A DNA stretch of 64,000 bases from Squalus acanthias. Its lineage: Eukaryota. The position numbers and the translations under genes were made by a program. The DNA lies in the NCBI GenBank assembly GCA_030390025.1, contig CM059431.1, positions 130,698,001 through 130,762,000 on the forward strand, given 5' to 3'. Below, one piece after another: positions 1-12,399 of this stretch. The notes below the pieces were generated by a model. That model saw only the letters and a list, made by a program, of their open reading frames with translations. It had not been told where the DNA came from and ran no database searches. Each line of letters begins with the position of its first letter. The first letter of the stretch is position 1.

Positions 1-100
1 TGGGCAGCCTTCTGTGCCGTACCCATTTGTTGTGAAACCCGATGGGATATCCTGAGGATGCGAAAAGGTGCTATATAATGCAAGTTCTTTCGTTCTTTAT
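1..100 (+). mobile_element. 3' tail of a Deu-SINE/L2-type retroelement (truncated by window edge)
   Basis: Ends gggatatcctgagg...aaaggtgctatataatgcaagttctttc, the tail also seen at 21660-21712 and 46111-46225. Confidence 0.5.
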
Positions 101-263
101 ACTCACAACTTAGTAAAAGTACAAGAATGGTCACAACATAAGCAATGGTGTGCTTCGTGATTACCTAATAGAGTACTATAACTGGAACAACTATATTAAA
201 TTAAACTGTCAAACAAATCACCTGTTCCAAAATTGCTTTGATAGCTTATTGAGTTGATCCAAT

Positions 264-1120
264 GGCCGTGATTTTGCCGGCGCTCAGAGAGGTGGGTCAG
301 AGGTTAAAGTCCTATTGATTGACGGCAGGTCCCGAACCCGCCATCAACCCGCCTCCAAACAGCTTTCCCAAGTGTCGGGTCCCCGATTTGCGAATGGACC
401 CGACATCTAGCGACGGGAAATGGATTAAAGGCAATTACTTGCCTATTAACAGGTACTTGTCAGCAGTTTTCAGCCTGTTTATCGATTTTCCCGCTTCTGG
501 GTCGGGTTTCCCGATGTCCGGACACCACGCCAGGTAAGTGTGGCGTGTTGCGAGTCTGGTGTAATGTTTGTAATAAGATGACAGCTGCAGAAGTGGTATT
601 GGATGCAATGTTGCACATGGTGAGTTTCAGAACAAATAAAATGTTGGTTACTACATTTTTAAAACATATACAGATTTCTTTAGCTTACAAGTTTTTAAAT
701 CCAACTATATGTCCAGTGCCACCTCATTGGGAGAACCTCTCTCACCAGTGACAGATCGCTTCAGTCACCTCACCTGCAGCTGCCATCTATTCCAGCATAT
801 GGACGGAGTCATTGGAAAGCCTGGGTGCAAGAGGTCACCTTTGTGCAGTGATTGTCAGTGTTTTCAGCACCTCAATGCTTTCAAACACTGAGAAATCAAC
901 TGTCAAAATAAAATTGTGCATGGTCCCTTTAAGGAAACCGGCAGATGACGCGTCATCAAATGACGTCATCAGACCCGCTTCCTGTTAATTGGCCGGCGGG
1001 CTTAACAAGGTCAATCAAAGGAAAATCACGTTTGTGGAGCGGAGGCAGCTGGGGGCGGGACCGGAACTCGGAAACCAGCTGACCCGCACCCATCCCGACA
1101 CCGAACGCAAAATCGCGGCC
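264..1120. mobile_element. PIF/Harbinger-type MITE, family A copy 1
   Basis: TIR GGCCGTGATTTTGC...GCAAAATCGCGGCC; 3-bp TSD AAT (261-263, 1121-1123); homologous in inverted orientation to 4338-5213 and 45190-46064. Confidence 0.9.
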
Positions 1121-2013
1121 AATGAGTAAATAGTCATATAGACAAGAGCAGAGCTCCCACTCCTGATCAACATTCAGCAACCCCTCTGGAACTGCCCATG
1201 TGTGAACATTGGGCAAGGATATGATCAGGCCTGGCTGTGAAGTCCATCACAAATGAACTGTTTAGACTTACACGTGATTTACACCCACCAACTTTTTTGC
1301 TAAAATTAAGAACTGAGAGAAAATATGCTCCATTTTATTTTAGTGTGATAACTAAGAAAAACTGAGTTCTGGGGTGCCACAGTGGTACTGCATTTTAAAC
1401 ACAAGCGCACAACACCACAGAGTGGGGAGGCTACAGATTCAATGCTGTACTCTGCCCAATTTTCAATAAAAGCGGTATCTGGCAGGGAAGCACCAGGAGT
1501 CTCACCTCTCAAGAGAGAAAAAATCAGATGGGAATATCATTCTTGTTTGGTACCCAACATTTCCAGCAGCAAATTAAAAGGACAATTTGCAAAGTTCTCG
1601 GAGCAGCCCTCTTAGCAGCCAAGATTTTTGTTACTTAAGGGCTTAAAATACAATAAAAAAATATCCTGAGTGTTCAAATAAATGACACAACTCATTTCAG
1701 CCATTTCATGCTAATCAGCCAAATATCAGGAGTCTTTCCCACATACATAAAAATAAAATGATCTAATTAAAATAGTAGCACTTTAATATCTCAGCTGGTT
1801 ATGAAATGTGTTTGTATGGTACTGTGCACAGTTCTTGACAGTCTTTTAAATATACAGAAATTCCTGCTGCATAACCTCACTTAATTAGCACCTTCAAACA
1901 CTTAGAAGATATGTTTAACTTAATAATTCAAGAGTGAGAAATGCTTTATTGGGGATGCAACTTATTAAAAAATATTCAGTCTGAGGATTCTAACATTCTA
2001 TTTTGAGAAACCT

Positions 2014-2439
2014 AGAAAGAAAGAAATTGTATTTAAAGAGCACATTTCATGTCATCGGAATGTCCCAAAGAATTTCACAGCCAATAAATTACTTTAGAAA
2101 TGGAGTTACAGTTCATGGCAGCCAATCTGCACACCAATAGCAATGACCGGTTAATCTGTTTTTGGTGGTGTTGGTTGAGGGATAAATGTTGCCAGAACAT
2201 CAGGAGAATTCCCCTGCTCAGCTTTGATCCATGGGATCTTTTACATCCACCTGAACAGGTGAAGAGGGTCTTGGTTTAATGTCTCATCCAAAAGGTAGAA
2301 CCTCTGACAATGCTGCACTCCCTCAGTACTGAGTACTACATTGAAGAATCAGCCTAGATTATGTGCTAAAGTCTTGGAGTAAGACTTGAAACCACAACCT
2401 TCTGCCTCAGAGGCAAGTGTGCTATGACTGAACAAAGCT
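2014..2439 (-). mobile_element. tRNA-headed Deu-domain SINE (SacSINE1-like), degraded
   Basis: Minus strand: tRNA-like head (gcctctgaggcagaaggttgtggtttcaagtc), Deu-like core (ggatgagacattaaacc...aaaagatcccatgg), L2-like tail ending in TTTC repeats. Confidence 0.8.
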
Positions 2440-2457
2440 AACAGTTGTACAAACACT

Positions 2458-3165
2458 GGCCTGTAATTTGTGGTCGGCGGTGAAGTAAAGGCGTTTGCTG
2501 CTGGCCCGAATTAAGTTTTCCACAAGATCTCGCGATCTCTTTTAGCGAGAAGTTCGGCTTTTCCGACGTGCAGTTGAAATCAGTGGAAGTTAATGGGGTA
2601 TCCCTAACGCAGGCTGCTTTGACGTCAACAAGCTGTCTCAGCAGCCAATCAAAATGCAGAATTCTCACAGACCGAGAACCAGGAAGTGGGTAAACTCCTT
2701 TGATTCTAACTATTAAAAAATGTTAGAGAGAGCAAAGCAAAGATTGGGGCTCTCATGGGGAAAAGGTACAGCTGAAATAAAGATGAACAAACTTTAAAAA
2801 AAAATGTTTTTTAAAGTTTCTTAAAAATTTTAATTTTTATTAAAATGGATAAATTTGACACTCCACAAAATTAAAATGAGTTTTTCAGGGCCATAAGGTT
2901 TGTTTAGCAGTCAATATGCTGTTAAAACCCCAGTTACACCTAAACGAAAAGGGTCTAACTTTTAATGGGGTATTTTATAGCGATATTACCACAGAAGTGC
3001 AGAAGTTTTCGTCAGTATCCCTGATTTCACAGATTGCCGGCTAGTGGGTGGGAGGTGGGGGGGGGATGCGAATGCGCTACATCCTGAATTTGCGGTCAGT
3101 TTCAAAGGGGTAATAACAGCAAACGCTGTTCGTTCGCTGTTATTACCCACTGCAGATTCCGGGCC
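2458..3165. mobile_element. Harbinger-type MITE with AT-rich core
   Basis: Imperfect TIR GGCCTGTAATTTG...CAGATTCCGGGCC; flanks ACT/AAT. Confidence 0.6.
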
Positions 3166-4337
3166 AATGTCTAATAAACCATCGGTGGAAGAGAATTTTA
3201 CATAAGCAGGTGCCTGTTTAATCTGTTACAAAAATGCACTAATTCTTTCAAACTAGTTTTGAAATAGGCAAATTAAAAAAAAAATTTGCTAGGTTTGTCA
3301 GTCTTCATTGGTTGTTGATGTTAATTTAAGTAGATGAATTCTTTCCCCTGGAGCAAAATACAATAATACAATCCCACTACTGACATGTTAAATAAATTGT
3401 TTGATTTCAAAGCCTGGAATGTTTCACCTTTCACAAATTAGCTTTTTAGATCTGGCTGTCTCTTTTGCACCCATTTAAAATATATACATTCATTCTGCTC
3501 TTTTAAATGTAGTATGATTGCCACTTATAAATGTATTTGTTACCCAACAGACCGGTGAAATATGCCATAGATTATATAGCATTATAGTTTTTGACTATGT
3601 GGAAAAGCTGTACATTTATCAATTAATAATCGCAATCCTAAAGTGCCTGTTTTCAGTTAATGTAATTCATCCCATATAAGTGAAATGAATGGAAAAAGCA
3701 AGTAAAAGAAACAACATTTTCGGAGTGTGCTGTGCCTAAACTCTCTTTCTGCCAAATCTTCAGATACTAAATGTAATATTTTATAGTTGTTTTCTTTTGG
3801 TCCAATAGATATTGATTTTAATACGCAGATTAATTAGAAACTGATAAAATATGTTCATTTTAATTTAAATGCTTGTCAGACTTTTAACAAAAGTGGAACC
3901 TGTATCTCAGTTTCTTCAGTTTAATGTAAGTGGCTAGTAAATTGACTCATTGGATTCTTTGTGGTACCTTTCAATTGATCAGGAATCACCACCACCTAAA
4001 CAGCTTGCATTAGAACAGTGCCCCTCACATAGGAGAACATCTCTGGGTGCTTAACAATGAGGATAGTGAGGACAGGAAAAATTGAAAGGGGAAGGGCCTG
4101 AAAGTTTTTACATGGTATTTACAGCACAGAAACAGGCCATTTGGCCCAGTAGGTCCATCGGTGTTGGTGCTCCACACGAGCCTCGTCCCACCCTTCATCT
4201 AACCCCACCAACATATCCTTCTATTATTTTCTCCCTCATGTGTTTATCTAGATTCCCCTTAAATGCATCTATGGTAGTCACCTCAACTACTCCTTGTGGT
4301 AGCGAGTTCACATTCTAACCACTCTCTGGGTAACTAA

Positions 4338-5213
4338 AGCCAATATTTTGCAAATGGATGCAGCTTGGGAGCGGGTCAGCTGGTTTCCGGCTTCCAGTCC
4401 CGCCCCCAACTGCATCCGGCCCATGGATGTGATTTTACGTCAATTGACCTTGTTAAGCCCGCCCTGCGGGCTTGCCCGCTAATTAAGAAGAAGCCGGTCA
4501 GATGACGTCATTTGATGACGCGTAATCTGCCGGTTTTCTTAAAGGGACCACGCACAATTTTTCTTTGACAGCTCATTTCTCAGTGTTTGACAGCATTGAG
4601 GTGCTGCAAACACTGACAATGACTGTTCACAGGTGAGCTCTTGTACCCAGACTCTCCAATGACTCCCTCCATAGGCTAGAACAGATGGCAGCTGCAGGTG
4701 AGGTGATAGCAGCGATCTGTCACTGGTGAGAGAGGTTCTCCCAATGAGGTGGGACTAGACAGCCAATTCAAAACTTGTTACCTACAGAAAAGTGTAAATG
4801 CATTAAAAATGATTTTCCCAACATTTTCTTACCTCTGAAACTCGTCAGTGCACCATTGCATCCTTCACACCACTTATGCAGCTGTCATCAATGCAGAAAC
4901 ATTACAGCAGACTCACAACACGCCACACTTACCTGGCGTGGTGTCCGGACGTCGGGGAACCCGAGGCAGAAGTGGCAAAATTGAAAAAGAGCCTGTTAAA
5001 AAGTATCAAGTACCTGTTAACAGCCAGGTAAGTGGCTATAATCCTCTTCCCGCCGTTAGGTGTCGGGTCCATGTGCAAATCAGGGACCCGACACTTAGGA
5101 AGATTGATTGGAGGCGGGTTGACAGCGGGTTTCCTACCCGATGTCAATCTTTGTGATTTTGACAGTGGTCCCACCTCCAATCCCGCACTCTGAGGACCAG
5201 CAAAATTCCGGCC
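4338..5213. mobile_element. PIF/Harbinger-type MITE, family A copy 2
   Basis: TIR AGCCAATATTTTGC...GCAAAATTCCGGCC; TSD TAA (4335-4337, 5214-5216); splits a CR1 3' region. Confidence 0.9.
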
Positions 5214-5635
5214 TAAGTTTCTCCTGAATTCCCTATTGGATTTATTAGTGACTTTCTTATAGTTATGGCCCCTAGTTCTGGTCTCCCCGCAAGTGGAAAC
5301 ATCTCTTTGTCTACCCTATCAAACCCTTTCATAAATATATTACATTGACTACATTACCCATGTCTACCCTTTATGTTACTTAATCAAAAAATTCAATAAG
5401 GTTGGTCAAGCATGACCTTCCCTCTTGAAATCCGTGCTGACTATTCTGTATTATATTTTCAGTTTCTAGATTTTTTTCTATTACATCTTTCAGTAAGGAT
5501 TCCATTATCTTTTCTACCACCGATATTAATCTAATTGGTTTATAGTTGCCTGGACTTGTTCTATCTCTTTTTAAATATAGGAACCACATTAGTTGTCCAC
5601 CAGTACTCTGGCACTATTCCCTTTTCTAATTAATT

Positions 5636-5658
5636 TATATATATATATATATATATAT
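5636..5658. repeat. (TA)n microsatellite
   Basis: Direct reading. Confidence 0.9.
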
Positions 5659-6246
5659 GTAATAGTGCCTCTGCTATCTTTTCTTTTAGTATGCGCGGAT
5701 GCAATCCATCTGGACCAGGGGTTTATCCTCTATGTTTGATTAGTTTAGCAATTATCTTCCCCCCTCCCCTTTCTATCTTAAATGTCTTTATATCTCTTTT
5801 GATTTTTTCTAATGTCATGTCCACCATGTTAGTCTCCCTGGTAAATACTGAGGCAAAGTAATTATTTAATATTTCTGCCATTTTGCTGTCATTCCCTATG
5901 AGTTTATCTTGTGTAGCCCTCGGTGGCCCCATCCCGATCCTGATTTTTCTTTTGTTAATTATGGGGGCGATTTTCCCACTGGAGGCGAGATGGAGGCGGG
6001 TTTCGGTTTGGGTGGGTATGAAACCAGCCTCCACTGATAGTTTTCATAAAATTAAGATTTTCCCATGATTGGCCACTTGATTTCAGAGGTGTGGGATGCC
6101 CTTGGTCAATTAGTGTTTTGGGACTGAAACTCACCTCTGTTGACAGCACTTTTCCAGTCTGATTTTATGGTTTCTTGCTGCCTTGGCTCATTCCACAGCA
6201 TTTCTGCCTATGCTGCACCACCTGCAACATATTCTGAGAAACCACT

Positions 6247-6435
6247 ATGTCCAATTCCAAGCCAAGGGCCTCCCCGAGGCTCTCGGATGAGGTGCTGCAA
6301 ATGTTGTTTGAGGGGGTGACAGCTAGCATGGAGGTGCTCTTCAACTCATCTGGGAGGAAGAGGCCTGCCAAAGAAACCAAGGCTGTGTGGGTACAGCTGG
6401 CAAGGGATATAACCTCCAGATCTGTGTGCAGATTG
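6247..6435 (+). pseudogene. Harbinger Myb/SANT-like (trihelix) DNA-binding protein, N-terminal fragment
   Basis: MSNSKPRASPRLSDEVLQMLFEGV...VLFNSSGRKRPAKETKAVWVQLARDITSRS resembles the Myb/SANT-like domain of Harbinger accessory proteins. Confidence 0.7.
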
Positions 6436-6673
6436 GGAGAATGTTTCTGTGTATTGATGAAATGCCATCCCTGTTGGAATGCATTAAAATGATTTGATGG
6501 CAAAATGTTGGCGTTATGGCATCTGTTCTTTCACCTTAGGCAGCTCCACATTGCGGGCTCTGCCACACTTGCATTGTCAGGTTGGTGGCCTGAGTGAAAG
6601 GAGGTCAGAGAGTTATGTCCATTGTCAATGATGTCCTAGGATGGAGCCAAGGACATGTGCCAACTTGGGCAAC

Positions 6674-6847
6674 CTATGCAAATCTCGCCATGATAAGTTC
6701 ATCCCTTGCATCCCGGGCGGCCATGTGCTCGCGTGCTGCTGCTGCCGCTGGTCAATACACCAGTGCTCTGACCTACTCCTGCTCCTCCTCCTCCTCCTCC
6801 TCATCCACATCTGAGGTCCATGCAGAAAGAAAACAAATGGTTCCCAT
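6674..6847 (-). pseudogene. Harbinger transposase remnant: N-terminus fused to C-terminus
   Basis: Reads MGTICFLSAWTSDVDEEEEEEEQE*VRALVY*PAAAAAREHMAARDARDELIMARFA*; acidic tract plus RDELI..RF end parallels the transposase C-termini at 19678 and 57877. Confidence 0.55.
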
Positions 6848-8217
6848 GCTGCTTGCAGATGCCTCCTTTGGGGAAGTGCTCATTGCAAGCGGGGAGAGGG
6901 TCTCCAAGGAGGTCCTACATTTGATTGATTCAAGCTGCAGCACCTCCGACTTCAGAAGGCCTTCTAAAAGTGTTCAGAGACCTTTTAAAGCCAAGGTCTT
7001 GCACCTGCAAGTAATCCTTGATGCAATAAATGATGTCTTGTTGGACCTGCAGCTGTGAGGAGGCCACCCACGAGTCAACTCGCCAGATTTACCTGGCCTA
7101 GTTTAGGAGGGTCGTGGAACACGTCGAAATGCTCGAAAAATCACGAGGGCCTCTCAAAATAGGCTTAGAGAGGCCCTTAATGAGCATTTAATGATCATAA
7201 GTATCGCTATGGCCAGCTGGAGGCGGGACCGTTTCCCGACCTCCAAAACCGGCACCAGCAAAATCCTGCGGAGGTGGGTTGGAGGCGGGTTCCGAACCCG
7301 CCCTCATTGAATCTGATTTTCCCGCCTCCAAACCCGTCTCCTCTGACGGCAGAAAATCGCCCGAGTCTCTGCAGAATATTTCACTATTATTTTTTATGTT
7401 CCTTGATTATTTAATTTTGTAATTTCTCTTTGCCTTCCTATTTTTTTTTCACTTCTTACTGAACCTTTTTGCATTCCCTTTGTCTAGTGTATGCCTTTAT
7501 CTTTAGTTTCAGTTTCGCTCTTACTGCTTTATTCATCCATGGTGTGTTTGTTCTTGCTTTTTAGTGAAATATACTTCTCCTGGACTCTTAATCATCGTTT
7601 TATATGTTTCCCACTGCTGTTCTATTTCTTTGGTTGTCAGTAAATTTTTCCAGTTTATTTCCCTAGTTCCATTTTCATCCCCTTAAAATCAGCTTTTTTT
7701 CCAATGTATTACTTTGGTCTTTGTCTTACTTATGTCCTTATCAATCTTTATCTTTTTTTAAAGAGGCTTTTGTAATAAGTGAGAGAAGTGGAGCAGTGGA
7801 GTGGTTAAGGAAAGAGTGCCAGAGAGGCAGGCCAATGGGCATCCCCACCTTAAAATGCTTCACGCTCTATGAAGGAAACGCCACAGAGCTCATGGGGAAA
7901 CACTGTACTCTTACTGTGTGAGATAGTGAGATTGGTAGCATATTGCCGGCACCAGGTCAGTGAAAGAACACTGTCGCCCTGGCACCCTGTAAAGCAGCAC
8001 ACAGACATAAACTTCCCCCTCCTTCACTGTCCTCTTAAACCCAAGGGATAATGCTCACCCATTCATAAGTAAGGACCCTGAGGTCAGTCTCCAAGGATGT
8101 ACAGCAACTGACAGATGTAACTCTTAAGTCTTTGGTTATCATTTGCAGCAACGTAAGGGGAGCTTTAATGCAGGCACCAAATGGAGCATGTGGCAGTTTC
8201 ATTGGAATCTGCGGAGT

Positions 8218-8290
8218 GAGCCTTTGGTGCAGTGGTAGCATTCCCGCCTCTGGGCGAGAAGATACAGGGTTTGAACCCCACTCCAGACAG
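8218..8290 (+). mobile_element. tRNA-derived SINE head (Pol III A/B boxes), family unassigned
   Basis: A-box TGGTGCAGTGG, B-box-like GGTTTGAACCC; head resembles the Deu-SINE heads but the following body differs. Confidence 0.5.
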
Positions 8291-8957
8291 TCAGAGCTCC
8301 GGCTTTGAATTCTGGGTTGACATCCAGTGGGATATTCGTGACCGGTGGGTGTGGGAGCCAATAAAACCCTCTCGCCGTATAGGACTAACCACCTTATTGG
8401 CTGGTATAAAGATGGTTACGGCCATGGAAGGAGCGTTAACGCGGCCAGTCAGACTGTTAATCAGCCTGTGAATCCTCCCACTACTTCACACTGTTCCCCA
8501 AAGAGAACAGCAAGAAGACACAAAAAGAAGAAGATTGGAATCTGCAGCCGACCCCCACCTAATAAGTAGCCAGGAACCAGACAATCCCTCAACCTCCACA
8601 GAAACACAGACTGCCAGTAGGGGAGAGGTTAGAGAGAACCCTGCATAGAGGCTTCTAAACCATTGTAGCCACGATGCATTCTACAGTCTCTCAGGAGAGC
8701 AGAACGTGCCAGACCTCCGGCCTTCCCATTCAAAGCACCACACCAGTGGAACATGGGAGGTGACACCAAGCTGCCCAGGAACAAGCTCCAGACTTGCAGT
8801 CAGTAACAGCTTCCTGCTAGGAGCAAGCTGCCACGAGAGGACGGTCACCTCAGTCCCATGACCCTTTTATAAAGCATGAGCAGCCAACCTAGGAGAAGCA
8901 CTAGAATAGGTGATAGAAAGGTATGTGTAGCCTTCCAGGGAAAGCACATGTTAGAAA

Positions 8958-10066
8958 ATGAATAACAACAGAAAATGCTGGAAATACTCAGCAGGTCAGG
9001 CAGCATCGAGGAAAGAGAATCAGAGGGCTGGATTTTCCAAGCCCCGAGGAGGCGGGTATGGAGGCGGGACAGCCGGTAAACTCGGAGAAAGTGGGGGCGG
9101 ATGGCAAAGCCGCCCCCATCCCGCCTCCGTGCCCTTTTGCCAGGAGGCGGGAAGATGTGCAGCTTCGGGTCCCGTCTCCTGGAGGCAGGAAAGGCATTTA
9201 ATCCTTTTAACTGCCTGTTAACAGGTAGTTAACAGGCAGAAAAAAGCATTAGTGCCAATTTTCCTTCACAGGTGAAGGCTTCCCATCTGCGGCGGTCGGA
9301 GGCACCTGGAAGTATGGTGTAGAGGTGAGTGATGGGTGCAAGTGTGGAGTGGTAAGTATGAAAGGTGAGTGATAAGTTTACAAAAGTGTTCACTTACCTT
9401 GTTTTCTTCCTACAGCCTTCAGCCGCGCTGGATCGGGAGAGCCGACATCCTCCTTGTCAATTTCACAGACTGGCTGTTGGAACCTCCGTTCCAACAGTCA
9501 TGTGAAATTTACAAATTTGAAAGGTTTGATAAGTCCTGAACACAAGGTCTCATCAAACTAAAAAGAATGTCAGTGTTTGACAGCGCTATCAAATGCTGAC
9601 ATTTCTTCTTTCAAGAAGTCTTGACAGATAGCACGTCTGACGTTGACGTGATCTGTCAGACTTCCTCCCTAACTGGCCTGCTGAGCTCAATCAGAGGAAA
9701 ATCCCTCTGGTTGGTCAGGCAAGGATGGAGGCGGGACATTGACACGACAAGCAGTTGTCCCGCCTCCAACTCGCCTCCATTCACAAAATCCAGCCCAGAG
9801 TCAACGTTTTGAGTTGGGAACCCTTCGTCAGAACTGGAAAAGGTTAGAGAAGAGAGATTTTTAAGCAGGGGCAGGGAGGAGGGGAAGAAAGAATAAAGGG
9901 AAGGTCTGTGATAGGATGGAAGGCAGGAGAGATTGACTGACAAAAGGGATGATGGTGCAAGGCATAAAGAGAGGTAATGGGACAAGTTAAGAAACAAAAG
10001 ATGACTCTAGATGACCTCTCTTTATGCCTTGCACCATCATCCCTTTTGTCAGTCAATCTCTCCTGC
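8958..10066 (-). mobile_element. Penelope-like retroelement terminal fragment with inverted 5' duplication, interrupted by a MITE
   Basis: Shares the gatgctgcctgacctgctgagtatttccagcattttctg tail and hammerhead-like motif with 27919-28330, 36555-36657 and 53255-53360; 53-bp inverted repeat at 9923-10066. Confidence 0.65.
9025..9796. mobile_element. Harbinger-type MITE (GGGCTGGATTTT TIR group)
   Basis: TIR GGGCTGGATTTT...AAAATCCAGCCC; TSD AGA (9022-9024, 9797-9799). Confidence 0.9.
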
Positions 10067-10485
10067 TTGACACCATCCAGGACAAAGCAGCCCGCTTGAT
10101 TGGCATTCCATCCACCACGTTAAACATTCATTCCCTCCACCACCGGCCCACCGTGGCTGCGGTGTGTACCATCTACAAGATGCACTGCAACAATTCGCCA
10201 AGGCTTCTTCGACAAACCCACGACCTCTACCACCTAGAAGGACAAGGGCAGCAGGCGCATGGGAACACCATCACCTCCAAGTTCCCCTCCAAGTCATACA
10301 CCATCCTGACTTAGAAGTATATCGCCGATCCCTCATAGTCGCTGGGTCAAAATCCTGGATCTGCCTCCCTAACAGCACTGTGGGAGTACCTTCACCACAC
10401 GTACTGTGGCGGTTCAAGAAGGCGGCTCACCACCACCTTCTCAAGGGCAATTAGGGATGGGCAATAAACACCTAGGAATGAATTT
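10067..10485 (+). mobile_element. 3' fragment of CR1/L2-group LINE (same family as 23487-27140)
   Basis: LDTIQDKAARLIGIPSTTLNIHSLHHR..VAAVCTIYKMHC; matches the reverse complement of 23490-23940. Confidence 0.85.
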
Positions 10486-11066
10486 TTAAAAATTGGTGTG
10501 TGTAAAAGGCATTTCTTCGTTGTGCGCTATTTAAAAAAAAATTAAGTAGTTTAATATTTCAAATGGACAGACTGATACAAGAGGCAGGTCTGCACTTGTT
10601 TTTTTCATTCCTCCAAATTCCCTTTGGTTTTCTTCCCTTACTATTCCTCTTATGCTCTTATTAGAGAAGGCAACTTATAATGGGCCACAGTTTTATAAGC
10701 ACTAGTGGTCCTCGGGTGTGAGCCTGAATTGAGTTTTGACTTCCTATTCGACTGTGGAGTTGGAGGTTATCACAACATGTCTGACGTATTCTTAAATAAC
10801 ATCTCCTTCAGCAGGAGGACACAAGAGTGATGAGGAATTGGGAATTTCAGCTGATTTATTTTATTCCCGTATCTGTCACAGGGATACTGAGGCCAATTGT
10901 GAAGCTCCACTGCCACAATATTCTGAGACAAGCTAAGATACAATAGGCCTGGGATCAAACCTAGAACCTTCCTGGTCTGTCTAACATAGTGGTCTACATG
11001 ATCTATTTACTCAACGAACCACTGAGGAAATGGCCTTTTTGTGACCATTTTAATGGATCGGCAGAT

Positions 11067-11765
11067 ACAACAACAACAACAATTTGTATTTATATAGCGC
11101 CTTTAACATAGTAAAACGTCCCAAGGCGCTTCACAGGAGTGTTAAAAGACAAAAAATTTGACACCGAACCACAGAAAGAGAAATTAGGGCAGGTGACCAA
11201 AAGCTTGGTCAAAGAGGTAGGTTTTCAGGAGCGTCTTAAATGAGGAAAGAGAGGTAGCGAGGCAGAGTGGTTTAGGCAGGGAATTCCAGCGCTTAGGGCC
11301 TAGGCAACAGAAAGCACGGACATCAATGGTTGAGCGATTATAATCAGGGATGCTCAAGAGGGCAGAATTAGAGGAGCGCAGATAACTCGGTGGGGGGAGG
11401 GGGTGGAGGGCGGGTTGTGGGGCTGAAGGAGATTACAGAGATAGGAAGGGGCGAGGCCATGGAGGGATTTGAAAACAAGGATGCGAATTTTGAAATCAAG
11501 GTGTTGCTTAACCGAGAGCCAATGTAGGTCAGCGAGTACAGGGGTGATGGGCGAACGGGACTTGGTACAAGTTAGGACACGGGCAGCCGAGTTTTGGATG
11601 ACCTCAAGTTTACATTGGATAGAATGTGGGAGGCCAGCCAGGAGTGCGTTGGAATAGTCAAGTCTAGAGGTAACAAAGGCATGGATGAGGGTTTCAGCAG
11701 CGGATAAGCTGAGGCAATAGCGGAGACGGGCGATGTTACGAAGGTGGAAATAGGCGTTCTTAGTT
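11067..11765 (-). mobile_element. L2-clade LINE 3' fragment
   Basis: Minus strand encodes AAETLIHAFVTSRLDYSNALLAGLP...IQNSAARVLT (L2 ORF2 C-terminus); tail ggcgctatataaatac followed by (TTG)n. Confidence 0.85.
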
Positions 11766-12399
11766 ACGCTGCTTAGTTATGATACGTTTCCCCTGTTGTA
11801 TTTACTCTAACTATCTTAATTGTGTAGAGACAATTTTGGTAAATAAAATCTTGCAATAATTAAAGTTACAAAAGGCAAAAATACTGACTGATGCTTTAGT
11901 TTATTGTGGATCACTTATTTTTGTAAAAAAAGGTCTCATTTGCAACAGGAGTACTAGACATGATTATGCAGAGAGTGAGCACAGGTACTGGTTGTCTCAT
12001 TTCCATGTAATTATGATTTCAATACAGTGCATGGTGAAATCATTTTAAAGGTATGCATGCCGAAAATAAGCCAAAAGTAAGATTAATAGATGTTTGCAGA
12101 CAGAAGACCGAAAGCAACCTCTACTCTACCCACGTGCAGAGATTTTTTTTTAATGGAATCCCTCTATCCACCTCATTTTTCTCCCAAGTAGTAAAGAAAG
12201 CAAGTGCCAATTTTTGAAAATATATCTGCTTTCCAAGATCACGTGCCGAAGGTTTAATTGAAATGCTGTAATCACTCAGCTGAATCTTAGCTGACAACAT
12301 CACTTTTACAAAGTTGATAACTCCTCTATTATAAGATAAGCAGTCATCAATCATGGTGAACAAATGATGTATGTATTGAGACAACTGCCAAGAAATATT

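Larger units (their letters stand above)
5965..7362. mobile_element. Internally deleted Harbinger transposon (Myb-like and transposase remnants, convergent)
   Basis: TIR GGGCGATTTTC...GAAAATCGCCC; GGAGGCGGG motifs near both ends; interrupts CR1; TSD not clean. Confidence 0.8.
4110..7750 (-). mobile_element. CR1 LINE fragment (3' tail plus ORF2 pieces), internally deleted and interrupted by two Harbinger elements
   Basis: ORF pieces PGNYKPIRLISVVEKIMES and SQHGFQEGRSCLTNLIEFFD; CR1 3' tail near 4110-4330; sequence resumes after the insertions at 5214 and 7363. Confidence 0.8.
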
